Positions 1 to 10,318 of a stretch of DNA of 64,000 nucleotides are shown piece after piece. How positions within the stretch are numbered: position 1 is the first letter of the stretch; each line of letters begins with the position of its first letter. A program made the translations under genes and the position numbers. The notes beneath the pieces were generated by a model. It saw only the letters and a program-made list of their open reading frames with translations. It made no database searches and was not told where the DNA came from. Source of the DNA: Savitreella phatthalungensis (Eukaryota); the NCBI GenBank assembly GCA_051599415.1, contig AP039696.1:496001-560000 (forward strand), written 5' to 3'.

Positions 1-398
1 TCGAGAATGAGGAACTCGTTGAAGCTGTACTGCTGCCGCTCCTCGAGACCAAGAAGCTTGAGTGAGTTTGACCGACCAAGTGGCCGTCGGGAAGAAGCGC
101 GCAGATATGCTGCGTTTCCTGTGTGCAGGTGGAGGTGTCTGCGTGTCAAAAGGAAGTCGTCGTCCTCATCTTCATCAAATTCGTCATACAGGTCATCAAT
201 GTCTATGTTGTTGAGGTCTTTGGAGAGAAGGCGGTGCAAGGATTCCCGTCTGGGAGGTCTGCAGAGTGCACGCGCGGAACAGATTGGTTGTTGTGGTTGT
301 TGCGGTTCTTGGCCCAGCTGGGAGTTGTTTCCAGATTGAGCATGTAGATTGCAGGCTGAGCCAAACACGGGTCTCTCGAAGCGGGGCTCCATAGGCAT
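1..398 (-). CDS. Partial hypothetical protein running off the left edge
   Basis: Manual translation: open frame from ATG at 398 (MPMEPRFERPVFGSACNLHAQ...QEPQQPQQP...DIDDLYDEFDEDEDDDFLL...QYSFNEFLIL) with no stop before position 1. Not in the ORF track; no recognisable domain; true start uncertain. Confidence 0.4.
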   Translation of the reverse strand, partial: MPMEPRFERPVFGSACNLHAQSGNNSQLGQEPQQPQQPICSARALCRPPRRESLHRLLSKDLNNIDIDDLYDEFDEDEDDDFLLTRRHLHLHTGNAAYLRASSRRPLGRSNSLKLLGLEERQQYSFNEFLIL

Positions 399-923
399 AA
401 CGACGGATCCTTGAGACGCGCTACAGGCGTGCGAGGACACGGGAGCAAATTGGGTGTCGATGGTGCTCTGGAAAGTGAGCTTGATTGGAGCTTTACCTGA
501 CTGGAGTCAGAGCGAGCATAACGATCGAGAAGCTTGAGAATGATCTGAGCAATACTGTATTGTCTTTTTGGGCTGTGCTCACGTTCTCGTGACTTTTTGA
601 ACGTTGACCTCTGGAACGCAGGGGTTCAAAAGGAATGTACAGCTTTCGACCCAACAGGATGAAGCAGGAGAACGTTGTTTGAGGAGGACAGGCGTTGCCT
701 TATAAGGATGTGTTGATAGGAGATTTGTATGTCCCGAGGAATGTCGTTGGAAAAAGACGCCATCATCAAGTTGGAGGATCCACCTGCTGGCTCAAGCGAG
801 CCGCTGTGCAGTGTCCAGTGTTGAAGCCAAGGCAAGCTTAGTACGGACTTTTTGTTTATGTGTGTGGGCATGGATGTTCACCCGCAGTACTGGTCACCCA
901 CACAAATATTCATTCTGGTCACT

Positions 924-971
924 CATTGATACATTGATTCATTGATTCATTGATTCATTGATTCATTGATT
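924..971. repeat. Tandem 8-mer (CATTGATT)n
   Basis: Five perfect units at 932-971 plus one imperfect unit at 924-931. Confidence 0.9.
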
Positions 972-3900
972 CAGTCATCCATTCATTCGATCGATCGGGA
1001 AGGAGCTTAATTTTGAATCGATAGCAGTACTAGCTTACACCAGAAGCTAGGTGATAGATCTCGACTTAATTTGTACATTTTGACTCTCTCCTGCTTACAG
1101 ATCCTTTTCAAATGTAATGATCGATCTTCTGGTGATTTCACCAAACCCAGATAAGTAAGTCCAGTCCTGTATACCTCCTCTCTATTTAGACCCTTCATGG
1201 ATCAATCTAGCCAAGGTCTAAAAAGCACTCGTCCGGATATCAGGCATTTTCAACATATTCTATTTAATTCTTCCCAGTTTCCTCATCTTCCCACACTGTC
1301 TCTTTTGTTACAACATATGTTTTCCCTCTTTTCCCCTGCATAGGTTCCGGTCTTAGTCGCATCATCCAATCTAATTCATGTCAAATTTGAGATCAAAAGA
1401 TGGGAATGAGGTTTCGTATATTCTGTCGACTGAGGCTCATCTTACAACAGTATCTATCTAGGACCGATGAAATACAGGCATTTTCCCCTTTCTATTCCAT
1501 GCCGATGAAATGAATTTTCTATTTGCTGACGGCTCTGGAGTCTTTAATCTGACCAAGGTCTATAAGGTCTCTGAGACAAGAGGCTTGGTTTGACAGCTCA
1601 TAATCCATTCAGTCAAACCATGCCCTGCTGATTCCTGCATTAATTCCAAAGCCAGTAAGCATGAGTAATGAGCCCACACAAGTGTGCCCAATAAGTAGGC
1701 TAACCTGGATCATCATATTGGCACGCCCACTGACGGCAGAGAGATACAGATGGGGAGCGTCCCGTCAATCTTCCGTACTGTGAGACACGGGTGCCGGCAC
1801 ACACAGCCGCCTATGACCCTTCTGTGAGAATGGTGAGAAACTCTGGTAGAGACATAGATACCAAAGAGCGTTCCAGCCAAAAAATACCGAGCCAAGGATC
1901 CTTTCACTCCTTGCTCCTCTCTGTCTCTCTAAAACCCCGTACCTCCTGCCATCTGATTGCCATGGCTTGCGCTCAGTCTAGAATTGTCCGTGCCAGCGCA
2001 TTAGTAGCAGCCTTCTCTCCTCCTCTCTCAAGCTGCTAGCTACAGTGAAGCTCACAACTGTCATACATTCGCATGCATTGAAAACCATCGAGCGGATCCA
2101 CCATGGTCACGTCATGGACCGAAAAGCAATATACCAACTAGAGCGAAGCAAAGCGAAATGCTAACCGAGGATTAAAGCTTGCAAATTCAGGTACCTTGAA
2201 AAAGCCACACGCGACTCATAGCTCTGATGCAAAGGAGCTTCGGACAGGTGCGTCGTCCGTGATTTCCGCGCATCGTCGTTCCACAACGTCGTTCTACGAT
2301 TACGAAAGCATATCCCATTCCAAATGATCAGAAGATCCGCACGAGGATCCTGAATGCTAAGCCTGATTGAGCACTGTCTCGGAGGATCGTTTTTCCGGGG
2401 GATGAGTGAGACGTCTCATGAGAGCTTCGTCATTGGATAGTTGCTTCGCTGCGCGCTCTGCCACGAGGACGATTAGCGCGTCGATCCTGAGAATCACACG
2501 GGAAGCTTTCCTGGTGGAAATGAAAGAAGTGTCTCAGCTCGACTAGAATGACCTCCTGTCCGGGCGGTTCTCCAAGAAGAGGGTGAGCGGTCTTGCCGTG
2601 GAGGCTCTCAGCCCGCTCAATCTCCTTCCCGTCTCGCTGGCGTCACCAATAAATATCTCACTGACAGAGTTGGTGGAGCTAGAATGAGGGGCAAATAATT
2701 TGCGCCGTGATTGGCCTGGGTTTAACTAACCACGCCTTCGTTAGAGTTGCTCATTTTTTGCCGTACATTTTGACCTGTACGGGATTGAGTTTTAAATCTA
2801 CCGAGAATTGGGTTTTGAAAATCTCTCGATTGGCCTCTAGTAACGTTTGAAGTCCCTCACGCGGCTGACTTTGACCTGCGGCGAATTAGCAGACATGCGA
2901 TTGGAACTGAATGGCATTGATACTGACGCTCAGTTGTTTGTTTGAAAATTTAGTCAATCGCTGATCTGCTCGTATGAGCAATTTGCGTGCGGAGCTCAGG
3001 GGCACGAGGTACGGGGTCCGAGCGTGCAGCGCGAATCATGGTCAATCTGGACAAGACTGTCAGACTTTCGTAAGAATGAATATGAACTGCAACAGTCGCC
3101 ACCGCCGTGCTTCTCGGAACCGTTTGGCACCCTTCAAGACGTGGGTCACGAAATGAATGTCATTCAGTTACATAGTGAGGATGCTGTCCGCTAAGCGACA
3201 GGTTGCTGTGAAGCTGATGAGCGATTGCATGCTTGCGCATGGATAGCAAATTGCTGACGCTCGTAGGTCTCTTTACACCTCCGTCATTGGCACACAAATC
3301 ACGGATGCAACCCCTGTCGAGCGGCGGACCCGGCACATAGCGTGACGCCTCTCCCCTCAGTCCCTCTCTCCATGATTAGTCTATGATGAGAAGGTACATG
3401 ATTAGAAGAGGCAACCGTGTGGTTTGGGTCATGTCTCAGAGCCAAAGAAAGTAATTAGCTGCGCTGTAGCGCTCATGGTCTCAGATAGGTGTGTTCCACA
3501 GCTATGGATGCACGATTCATTATTGAAAGTATTCCTGGTTAAGTCTTGTCGGGACTGATTCAGTAATGGGTTTGCATCATTCACGATTACCTCGATCGAT
3601 TAGTTCGATCAAGCCTGATCGACTTGACAGGCGCACTTTCAAAGTCTGCTATAGGTGATGGGACAGCAGCACTGTCGATTCGTGCAAGATCGAAAATGCA
3701 TCAGTATTTACGCAGACATATTTCCACCACGCGATGCAGTGTGACTTTTGCTGAGGCGCAGTTGTGGCGTACCGCCTGAAGGGCACACCTGGACACCTGG
3801 ACACATGACACAACATCATGACACAAACACGTGCGTGTAGACAGCCACTGTAGCAAATGCATGGGATTAGCAACGTCTTGCACATGCACAAGACCTCCAG

Positions 3901-3994
3901 ATGTGTTAACATAGCACGCTGACCTGCTATCAGCAGCTGTGTAAGCACTGGCTCCAGCTCATGCTCAGCGCGGTGGGCAATCTATGAGCGGCTG

Positions 3995-6900
3995 ATGTCG
4001 ATATACACGACCGTGGTCCAGCCTACGGCCGTTTCGCTTGCAACATGCGCGAGTGTGACGGCCGCTGGTGCCACTGAGCTGCTCGTCGTCAAGCGCGACT
4101 TGCTTCAGATTTTCACTCTGGTGGAACGCGAGGAAGATCTGGCACAAGACGATGCAGAAGCGGATGCAGGCGCTGTGGCCGCAGATTTTGGTATGGACGA
4201 CACTCTCGGCGAGCTGCGCATCACGTCCACACAGCGTCAGACAGTCAACAAGCTCGTTCTTCTTTCACAGCATAGCTTCAATGGAACCATTACTGGACTG
4301 GAAGCCATACGGACTCGCGATTTTGACTCGACAGGCATGCATCACGTCCTCCTAGCTTTCGAGTCGGCAAAGCTGACACTCTTGAAATGGGATGCTGATG
4401 CATTTGACCTGATCACGGTGAGCATGCACTCCTTTGAACGAGAGCAGCTCAAATCTCCACTCACCTTCTCTGCCGAGCCTAAGCTCAGGCTGGAGCCTTC
4501 GGGTCGCGTTGCGACACTGGGTTTCTACGGACATCAATTGGCATTCATGCCCGTAGTCCAGGCAGACCTGATGCTAGACGAGGAGGAGTCTCGAGCACCT
4601 ATATCAGCTTCTTTTGTGCTCTCTGCATTGCAGCTCGAGGAAGATGTCTCGACTCTATTGGATTTCTGCTACTTAGAAGGCTACAGCGAGCCCACCTTTG
4701 CAATGCTCTACAATGAAGAAGCCACTTCGGTCGGGCTGAAGGACTGGAAGCAAGACAACAACCGTCTCGTCGTCATGACGCTCGACTTACAAGATGGCGC
4801 ACGGACCGCAATCTTCCAGGTAGATAACCTGCCGATGACACTCTATGCCATTGTGCCCGTACCGGCGAGTATCGGAGGTTGTCTCCTGCTTGGCCACAAC
4901 GAGATCATCTACGTCGACCCTGCTGCTCGTGCCATCGGAATCGCCGTGAATCGTTGGTCGTCCAAGCTGAGTCAGAGAACACTGGGAGATGCATCACGCT
5001 TCGAGATGCAGCTGGAAGGAGCCTGCATTACGCCCCTCATTGATGGCGATGAACTCGCTGGCTTCCTGGTCAATCTTGCAAGTGGAGCCGCCGCTCTGCT
5101 GACATTCAAGCTTGACGGTCGAACGGTGACATCGCTAGAGCTCGAACTTCTAGAGACCAACATGCCGGCCAACGTGAACAAAGGTGTTCAAGTCGGTGCA
5201 CGGCGACTTCTACTGACGAGCCATCTCGGCGACTCTCATCTCGTCTCTTGGCGCAGAAAGCGGCGGAGGAACGCGACCGCCGAAGATGTCCAAGAGGAGC
5301 GCGAGGACGATGACGATCTTGACGACATCTACGGGGAAGACGTTGAGGAAGCAAACTATGACATAGTCTTCACAGTGAACGACATTCTACAGAATCCAGG
5401 ACCCATCAGTGGCATGGTAGTAGCGCGGGAACAACGCAAGCCGGAAACATGGACGAAGAAACAGGTTCAGGATACCGCCGCGACACTCGTCACAGTAGGT
5501 GGAACTGGCAAATCAGGTAATCTCACGGTCCATCAATACCACGTTCGACCGATAGTCAGAGGAAGCTTCCCGGCTGCGGGTTGGCATGCGATGTGGTCAA
5601 TCCGATTGCGTGCGCTCGAGGCGAAAGGAGATGCTGAGAGCGCTATGCAAGAGGCTTACGATACTTATCTTGTGGCGGCACGCGAGTCGACAACACAGAT
5701 CTTGCAACTAGAGCGCAACTTGAGCGAACTGACTACGACAGAGTTCGAGACCTCGGATCGGACGATCGCTGCAGGCGTGCTTGCAGACCGTACATGCCTA
5801 GTTCAGATCTGTCCTGACATGATGCGGACTTACGATGCCGATCTGAAGCTGATGCAGCTCGTCGCTACTCCTGAAGATCGTGCAGTAGTGTCTGCTAGCG
5901 TGTCTGACCCCTTTGTATCGCTGCTTCTCGACAACGGCACTGTGGTCGTCTATGAAGTCGATGGGGCTTCGAAGGATCTTGTTGAAGTCAGTCATCAGGT
6001 CGACAAGATTGTCTCGGCTGGCGTGTCGAATCTGCTTCTCGCACTTCTGCCGGCTCGTGAGGCCAAGAGAGGGAAAAAGCGTGCGCGTGGCGCGGAGAAT
6101 GGAACTCCTGCAGCTCTACCCGAAGATCGTGTGCTTACATCGTTGGACGAGGCCGGTCAGATCACTCTGCGCTCAGCTGCCACGGGACGAGTGGTGTGGT
6201 CCGCGCATGCGGCCGACCTACCGACTCGGCTGCGTCACGGCGACCAACCTGAACAGCCTACAACAAGCACGCTCGCCGAAGTGGTGCTGTGCGAGCTTGG
6301 CACTGACCTCAATCGCAATACTTACCTGGTGCTCCGCACCGACAAGCACGAAGTTGTGGTCTACGCTTTGTATCATGATACCAAAGGCTTGTCTTGCTTC
6401 CGCAAAGTACAACTGCCGAGCACGCGACAAGCCGTCGCGACGGGCTTCGTTACGATGCCGAACGTTGCGGGCCGCTCTGCGCTGTTCCTGTGTGGTGATG
6501 AGCCATGGCTGCTTCTTGCGACTGATCAAGGTGGCCTGCGAGCGCATCCGTTTGCAATGCGCGACATCCTCCACCTCTCTCCCTTGCACAGCTTCGAGGC
6601 CCCGCATGGTTTCATCGCGTGCAGCGGTGATGGGCAGGCATCAATTGCCCAACTTCCGGACATGTCGTTCGATAATCTCTGGATGTCGAAGACAGTCAAG
6701 GTTGGCGCGACTGTACACGGTGTCAGCTACTATGCCAAACACCACTTGTTCGCGTTGTCAACCAGCCTTGACGAGCGATTTGAGATACCAGATGAAGAGG
6801 ATCTGGCATGGCAGCCGAATCCGGACGATCGCGAGAGACTCCCGTTCTTTGGCCGCGGAGCCGTCGAACTCTTCGATGCAGAGACATTGACCCCGATCGA

Positions 6901-8026
6901 CAAGTACGAATTTGCGGCGCACGAGCAACCTCTTGCCCTCAAGACTGTAAATCTTTCAGTCTCAGCGGATTATCACAAGCAGTCTCGTGAGCTGCTGGCA
7001 TGTGCGACTGCCATCAATCGCGGAGAAGACCTTGCTATTCGCGGTGGACTCTACGTCCTCGATGTTGTCGAAGTCGTTCCAGATCCTGCGCGACCGAATG
7101 TCCGCCACCGCCTGAAATTCGTTGCTTCCGAAGAACTCAGGTCGACCTGCACGGTTGTCGCGGAGCTCGATGGATACCTGTTGGCTTCGACAGGACAGAA
7201 GGTCGTTATTCGAGCGCTTGAGGAAGACGAGCGGCTGACTCCTGTCGCCTTCGTTGACCTCGGCCTCTTCACCCTCGCGGCAAAATGTCTGCGGAGCATG
7301 GTGCTGTTTGCAGATGTTATGCAGGGAATGACGCTCGTCGGCTTTGCGGAGGACCCATACAAGGTGACGATGTTTGGTCGACAGATGGACCCGATGGAGT
7401 GCATGGACGCGGAATTCATGGTCAACGGCCGCAGTCTCTACCTCGTCGCATCCGACCGACAAGGCAATATCAAAGTGTACACATACGATCCAGAACATCC
7501 TGACTCGGTCGCAGGACAGAAACTGCTACGAAAGGCTGATTTCCATATTGGCCAAGTGGTCTCACAGATGTGTCTGATTCCGACGAGACCGGTGCTTGCG
7601 GGGACGAAGCACTCGGCGCCATCGAGCGTGAGCAGCCTTGAGGATAATGCGACGGCCGTTGTGTGCGGCACCCTCGACGGCAGCATTGGTCTGCTGACAC
7701 CGCTCGGCGAGCGAGGATACCGGAGACTGCACACAATTCAGGCGCAACTTCACGCCGGCGCAGGCGACGTCGAGTTCTCAGGCAACCTGAACCCACGAGC
7801 CCACAGGGCGTGCTCAGTCGACTCACCAACACTCAACAACGTCCGCGGTGTGCTTGACGGCGACTTACTCATGGCTCATTGTCTACCTTCTACAGGCGGA
7901 GGTGTCGGCGGACGAGGTGGTGTAGACCTACGGAAAGCAGCTGCACTCGCCAGAAGAGCTGGAACAGCAGCAGACGAAGTCGTCGCCGATTTAGTCTCGC
8001 TTTCTCGCTCGCTCGCCCTTCTCTAG
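3995..8026 (+). CDS. CFT1: Cleavage and polyadenylation specificity factor subunit 1 (Cft1/CPSF160)
   Basis: 1343-aa ORF with N-terminal 'IYTTVVQPTAV', 'LITVSMHSFE', 'NPGPI', and a CPSF_A C-terminal region ('GEDLAIRGGLYVLDVVEVVP', 'YDPEHPDSVAGQKLLRKADFHIG', 'LNPRAHR'). Confidence 0.93.
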   Translation: MSIYTTVVQPTAVSLATCASVTAAGATELLVVKRDLLQIFTLVEREEDLAQDDAEADAGAVAADFGMDDTLGELRITSTQRQTVNKLVLLSQHSFNGTITGLEAIRTRDFDSTGMHHVLLAFESAKLTLLKWDADAFDLITVSMHSFEREQLKSPLTFSAEPKLRLEPSGRVATLGFYGHQLAFMPVVQADLMLDEEESRAPISASFVLSALQLEEDVSTLLDFCYLEGYSEPTFAMLYNEEATSVGLKDWKQDNNRLVVMTLDLQDGARTAIFQVDNLPMTLYAIVPVPASIGGCLLLGHNEIIYVDPAARAIGIAVNRWSSKLSQRTLGDASRFEMQLEGACITPLIDGDELAGFLVNLASGAAALLTFKLDGRTVTSLELELLETNMPANVNKGVQVGARRLLLTSHLGDSHLVSWRRKRRRNATAEDVQEEREDDDDLDDIYGEDVEEANYDIVFTVNDILQNPGPISGMVVAREQRKPETWTKKQVQDTAATLVTVGGTGKSGNLTVHQYHVRPIVRGSFPAAGWHAMWSIRLRALEAKGDAESAMQEAYDTYLVAARESTTQILQLERNLSELTTTEFETSDRTIAAGVLADRTCLVQICPDMMRTYDADLKLMQLVATPEDRAVVSASVSDPFVSLLLDNGTVVVYEVDGASKDLVEVSHQVDKIVSAGVSNLLLALLPAREAKRGKKRARGAENGTPAALPEDRVLTSLDEAGQITLRSAATGRVVWSAHAADLPTRLRHGDQPEQPTTSTLAEVVLCELGTDLNRNTYLVLRTDKHEVVVYALYHDTKGLSCFRKVQLPSTRQAVATGFVTMPNVAGRSALFLCGDEPWLLLATDQGGLRAHPFAMRDILHLSPLHSFEAPHGFIACSGDGQASIAQLPDMSFDNLWMSKTVKVGATVHGVSYYAKHHLFALSTSLDERFEIPDEEDLAWQPNPDDRERLPFFGRGAVELFDAETLTPIDKYEFAAHEQPLALKTVNLSVSADYHKQSRELLACATAINRGEDLAIRGGLYVLDVVEVVPDPARPNVRHRLKFVASEELRSTCTVVAELDGYLLASTGQKVVIRALEEDERLTPVAFVDLGLFTLAAKCLRSMVLFADVMQGMTLVGFAEDPYKVTMFGRQMDPMECMDAEFMVNGRSLYLVASDRQGNIKVYTYDPEHPDSVAGQKLLRKADFHIGQVVSQMCLIPTRPVLAGTKHSAPSSVSSLEDNATAVVCGTLDGSIGLLTPLGERGYRRLHTIQAQLHAGAGDVEFSGNLNPRAHRACSVDSPTLNNVRGVLDGDLLMAHCLPSTGGGVGGRGGVDLRKAAALARRAGTAADEVVADLVSLSRSLALL

Positions 8027-9121
8027 AGCCCACTGTGATGAGGCTTCTTGTATACCAGCCAGCTTGACGAGCAAAATCCGGAGACCCGAGGGTAGAATCC
8101 GGAGGATCGATATGTACTGTGCATAGAATGGGTATCCGTATTCTCCGGCTTGCTGCTTTGTGAGTAGTCCCACAATCTCCTTCGCGAGACCGCTGCTGCT
8201 GAGGATCGGTGCGAGGAACGAGCTGGGTGTCTTCATGCCATCGAACATGGGCGAGTCCAGTTGGCCGGGACAGACGAGTGTGGTTGTCAGTCTCCCATGC
8301 TGTTCGACAGTGAGTGCCTCGTGGAACGCCTGGACGCCGGCCTTGGCAGCGCAGTAGGACGACAGTCGAGGTACACCGACAGATCCAAGCGTCGATCCGA
8401 CTGTCAACCACTGAGGCGATCGCCCTTCGAGCAAGCCCGATAAGAACACGCTCGCAAGGATCCACTGTGAGTTGAGCAGGGTGGCGAGTGGCCGTGTGTC
8501 ATGCTGATCCACAGGCCCTGTGGTGACAGTGCCTGCATTGGAGACGATGATGGTCGGCGATCCATGTTCCTGGATAATCTGGTCTCTGACTCGACAAACA
8601 GCCTCGCGATTCGTGATGTCGCATGGTCCATAGTAAAACACCCGCTCTGCATCGCCAGCCGAGATGTCGGCGTCCAGGAACGGTGTGATGTGAGCCACGT
8701 CCAGAATAACGACGGCCTTGGCACCAGCAAGACACAACCTGTGAACCACTTCCCTTCCCAGTCCAGAACCTCCACCTGTCACCACCACCACTTCATCCGC
8801 CCACTTACGTCGGGTAGGTAGCATAAGTGAACCCCGTCGAATTGCTGCATCGCAGTATGCGAGCACTCGCGGGAGCACGAGTATGAGGATGAATAGGATG
8901 TTTGGCAGATTTGTGCGAAGGTCCAGTGGCAAAGCGCCTTCCTGCCGGTAAGCAGTGACGGCATTGTAGATGACCACTCCTAAAGCGATCGGAACGCTAC
9001 GCCACGGCCACGGCAAGAACTTTATGACCGTATCGATGTTCCAGCCATCGTGTAGAAGCCATGCGTATCGATTGGTCCTACGTGTCCTGCCAGCCCTGAG
9101 AGCAGCGCAGGAATCTGTCAT
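7991..9121 (-). CDS. Membrane-anchored short-chain dehydrogenase/reductase (Tda5-like)
   Basis: Two N-terminal hydrophobic segments, Rossmann motif VVVTGGGSGLG, SNAG, catalytic YCAAK. Confidence 0.88.
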   Translation of the reverse strand: MTDSCAALRAGRTRRTNRYAWLLHDGWNIDTVIKFLPWPWRSVPIALGVVIYNAVTAYRQEGALPLDLRTNLPNILFILILVLPRVLAYCDAAIRRGSLMLPTRRKWADEVVVVTGGGSGLGREVVHRLCLAGAKAVVILDVAHITPFLDADISAGDAERVFYYGPCDITNREAVCRVRDQIIQEHGSPTIIVSNAGTVTTGPVDQHDTRPLATLLNSQWILASVFLSGLLEGRSPQWLTVGSTLGSVGVPRLSSYCAAKAGVQAFHEALTVEQHGRLTTTLVCPGQLDSPMFDGMKTPSSFLAPILSSSGLAKEIVGLLTKQQAGEYGYPFYAQYISILRILPSGLRILLVKLAGIQEASSQWALEKGERARKRD

Positions 9122-9766
9122 TGCGACTATATGATTGTACAGAACTTCAATGGATCATTGCGGACACTTTATACGCTTTGATTGGGTTGACAGCCGCTTA
9201 GATATGCGGCATAGCTTCTTAAGAGCGTCACGACGAGTGAGTAACACGTTGACCACATGACAAGAGCAAAAGCATGTGATACACTCCCAATTTGATCGAT
9301 CAATCAATGAGCGAGGAAATTATCCACACTCTGATTGCTGAATTAGTAAAATCATTCCTGTTCTCAAGTTCTTCTCCACAAGCAGACATGCTTATAATGA
9401 GTAGAGATTAATTCCTGATCAAGGAAAGAATAAATCATAGTTGATTAGCTGTGGATGATCGATTGAGAGAATTTTCTATCGTGTTTGTGTAACGCGTATT
9501 TGCTCGTATTTACAACTCAATTGTTATATTGATACAGTAGAATCTAGTGTATACTGGGTTGGGTGAATATCAGGTGAAAAGGTATTATTGGGTCTCATAC
9601 AGATCCACCCGAACCACACAACATGTGACGTGGATGTCCTGATCGATTCTATAATTAGCGCCCTTGCACAGACAAATCATCCTGTCGTCGCGGTTTCCTA
9701 GTATACAGACTCTAAGCTTGTTCATCCGTGACTGCGACTGATCTTGTTTTGATTCAGTCGGTCGTC

Positions 9767-10270
9767 ATGTCGAACATTCGCGACAAGAGGTTGGTCAAGG
9801 AAGTAAAGCAGATGATCATGTCACCACCGCCTGGCATCACATTACTGTCACCGACGCGAGACGAGGTGGAGAGCGGGAGCAGCGTGGGTATCGAGAAGAT
9901 GGTGTTAGGCTTGACGATGGAAGGGAACTCTCTGTATGAGGGCACCTATGCGCTCGAGCTTACATATCCAAGAGCTTATCCGATCGATGCCCCGAAAGTC
10001 GTCTTCCTGCCTCATGTCCAAGCTGGAGTCCCCATCCACCCACATATCTACGGTAACGGTCATATCTGCTTGGATGTACTCTACGCGGCAGCATGGTCAC
10101 CAGTCCAGTCGAGTGCATCAGTCGGGTTGGCGATTCAGTCTATGCTCGCAGGGAATTCGATTGCTGAGAGACCGCCTGACAATGATAGCTACGTGGAAAG
10201 CTGCCGAGCCAAGAAGGGTGGACACGACCCACGCAATACACGCTTTGTCTTCCACGATGACAAGGTCTGA
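9767..10270 (+). CDS. Ubiquitin-conjugating enzyme E2, UBE2W-like
   Basis: UBC fold motifs 'YPIDAPKVVF', 'HPHIYGNGHICLDVL' (HPH variant, active-site Cys), 'WSPVQ', 'RPPDND', C-terminal 'FVFHDD'. ATG at 9767 preferred over the GTG at 9728. Confidence 0.88.
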   Translation: MSNIRDKRLVKEVKQMIMSPPPGITLLSPTRDEVESGSSVGIEKMVLGLTMEGNSLYEGTYALELTYPRAYPIDAPKVVFLPHVQAGVPIHPHIYGNGHICLDVLYAAAWSPVQSSASVGLAIQSMLAGNSIAERPPDNDSYVESCRAKKGGHDPRNTRFVFHDDKV

Positions 10271-10318
10271 TACAAACAATATATCTTAATATTGTACGAT
10301 GAGCATGCTATCAACGAC

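Noticed and set aside
1000..3900. Long region with only short ORFs; a protein-like frame near 2437-2686 interrupted by one TAG
   Set aside because: No recognisable domain, transposon motif or terminal repeat; cannot support a gene or pseudogene call.
5913..6890. 325-aa alternative-frame ORF within CFT1
   Set aside because: Arg/Cys/Ser-rich shadow frame of a GC-rich coding sequence, non-ATG start, no motifs.
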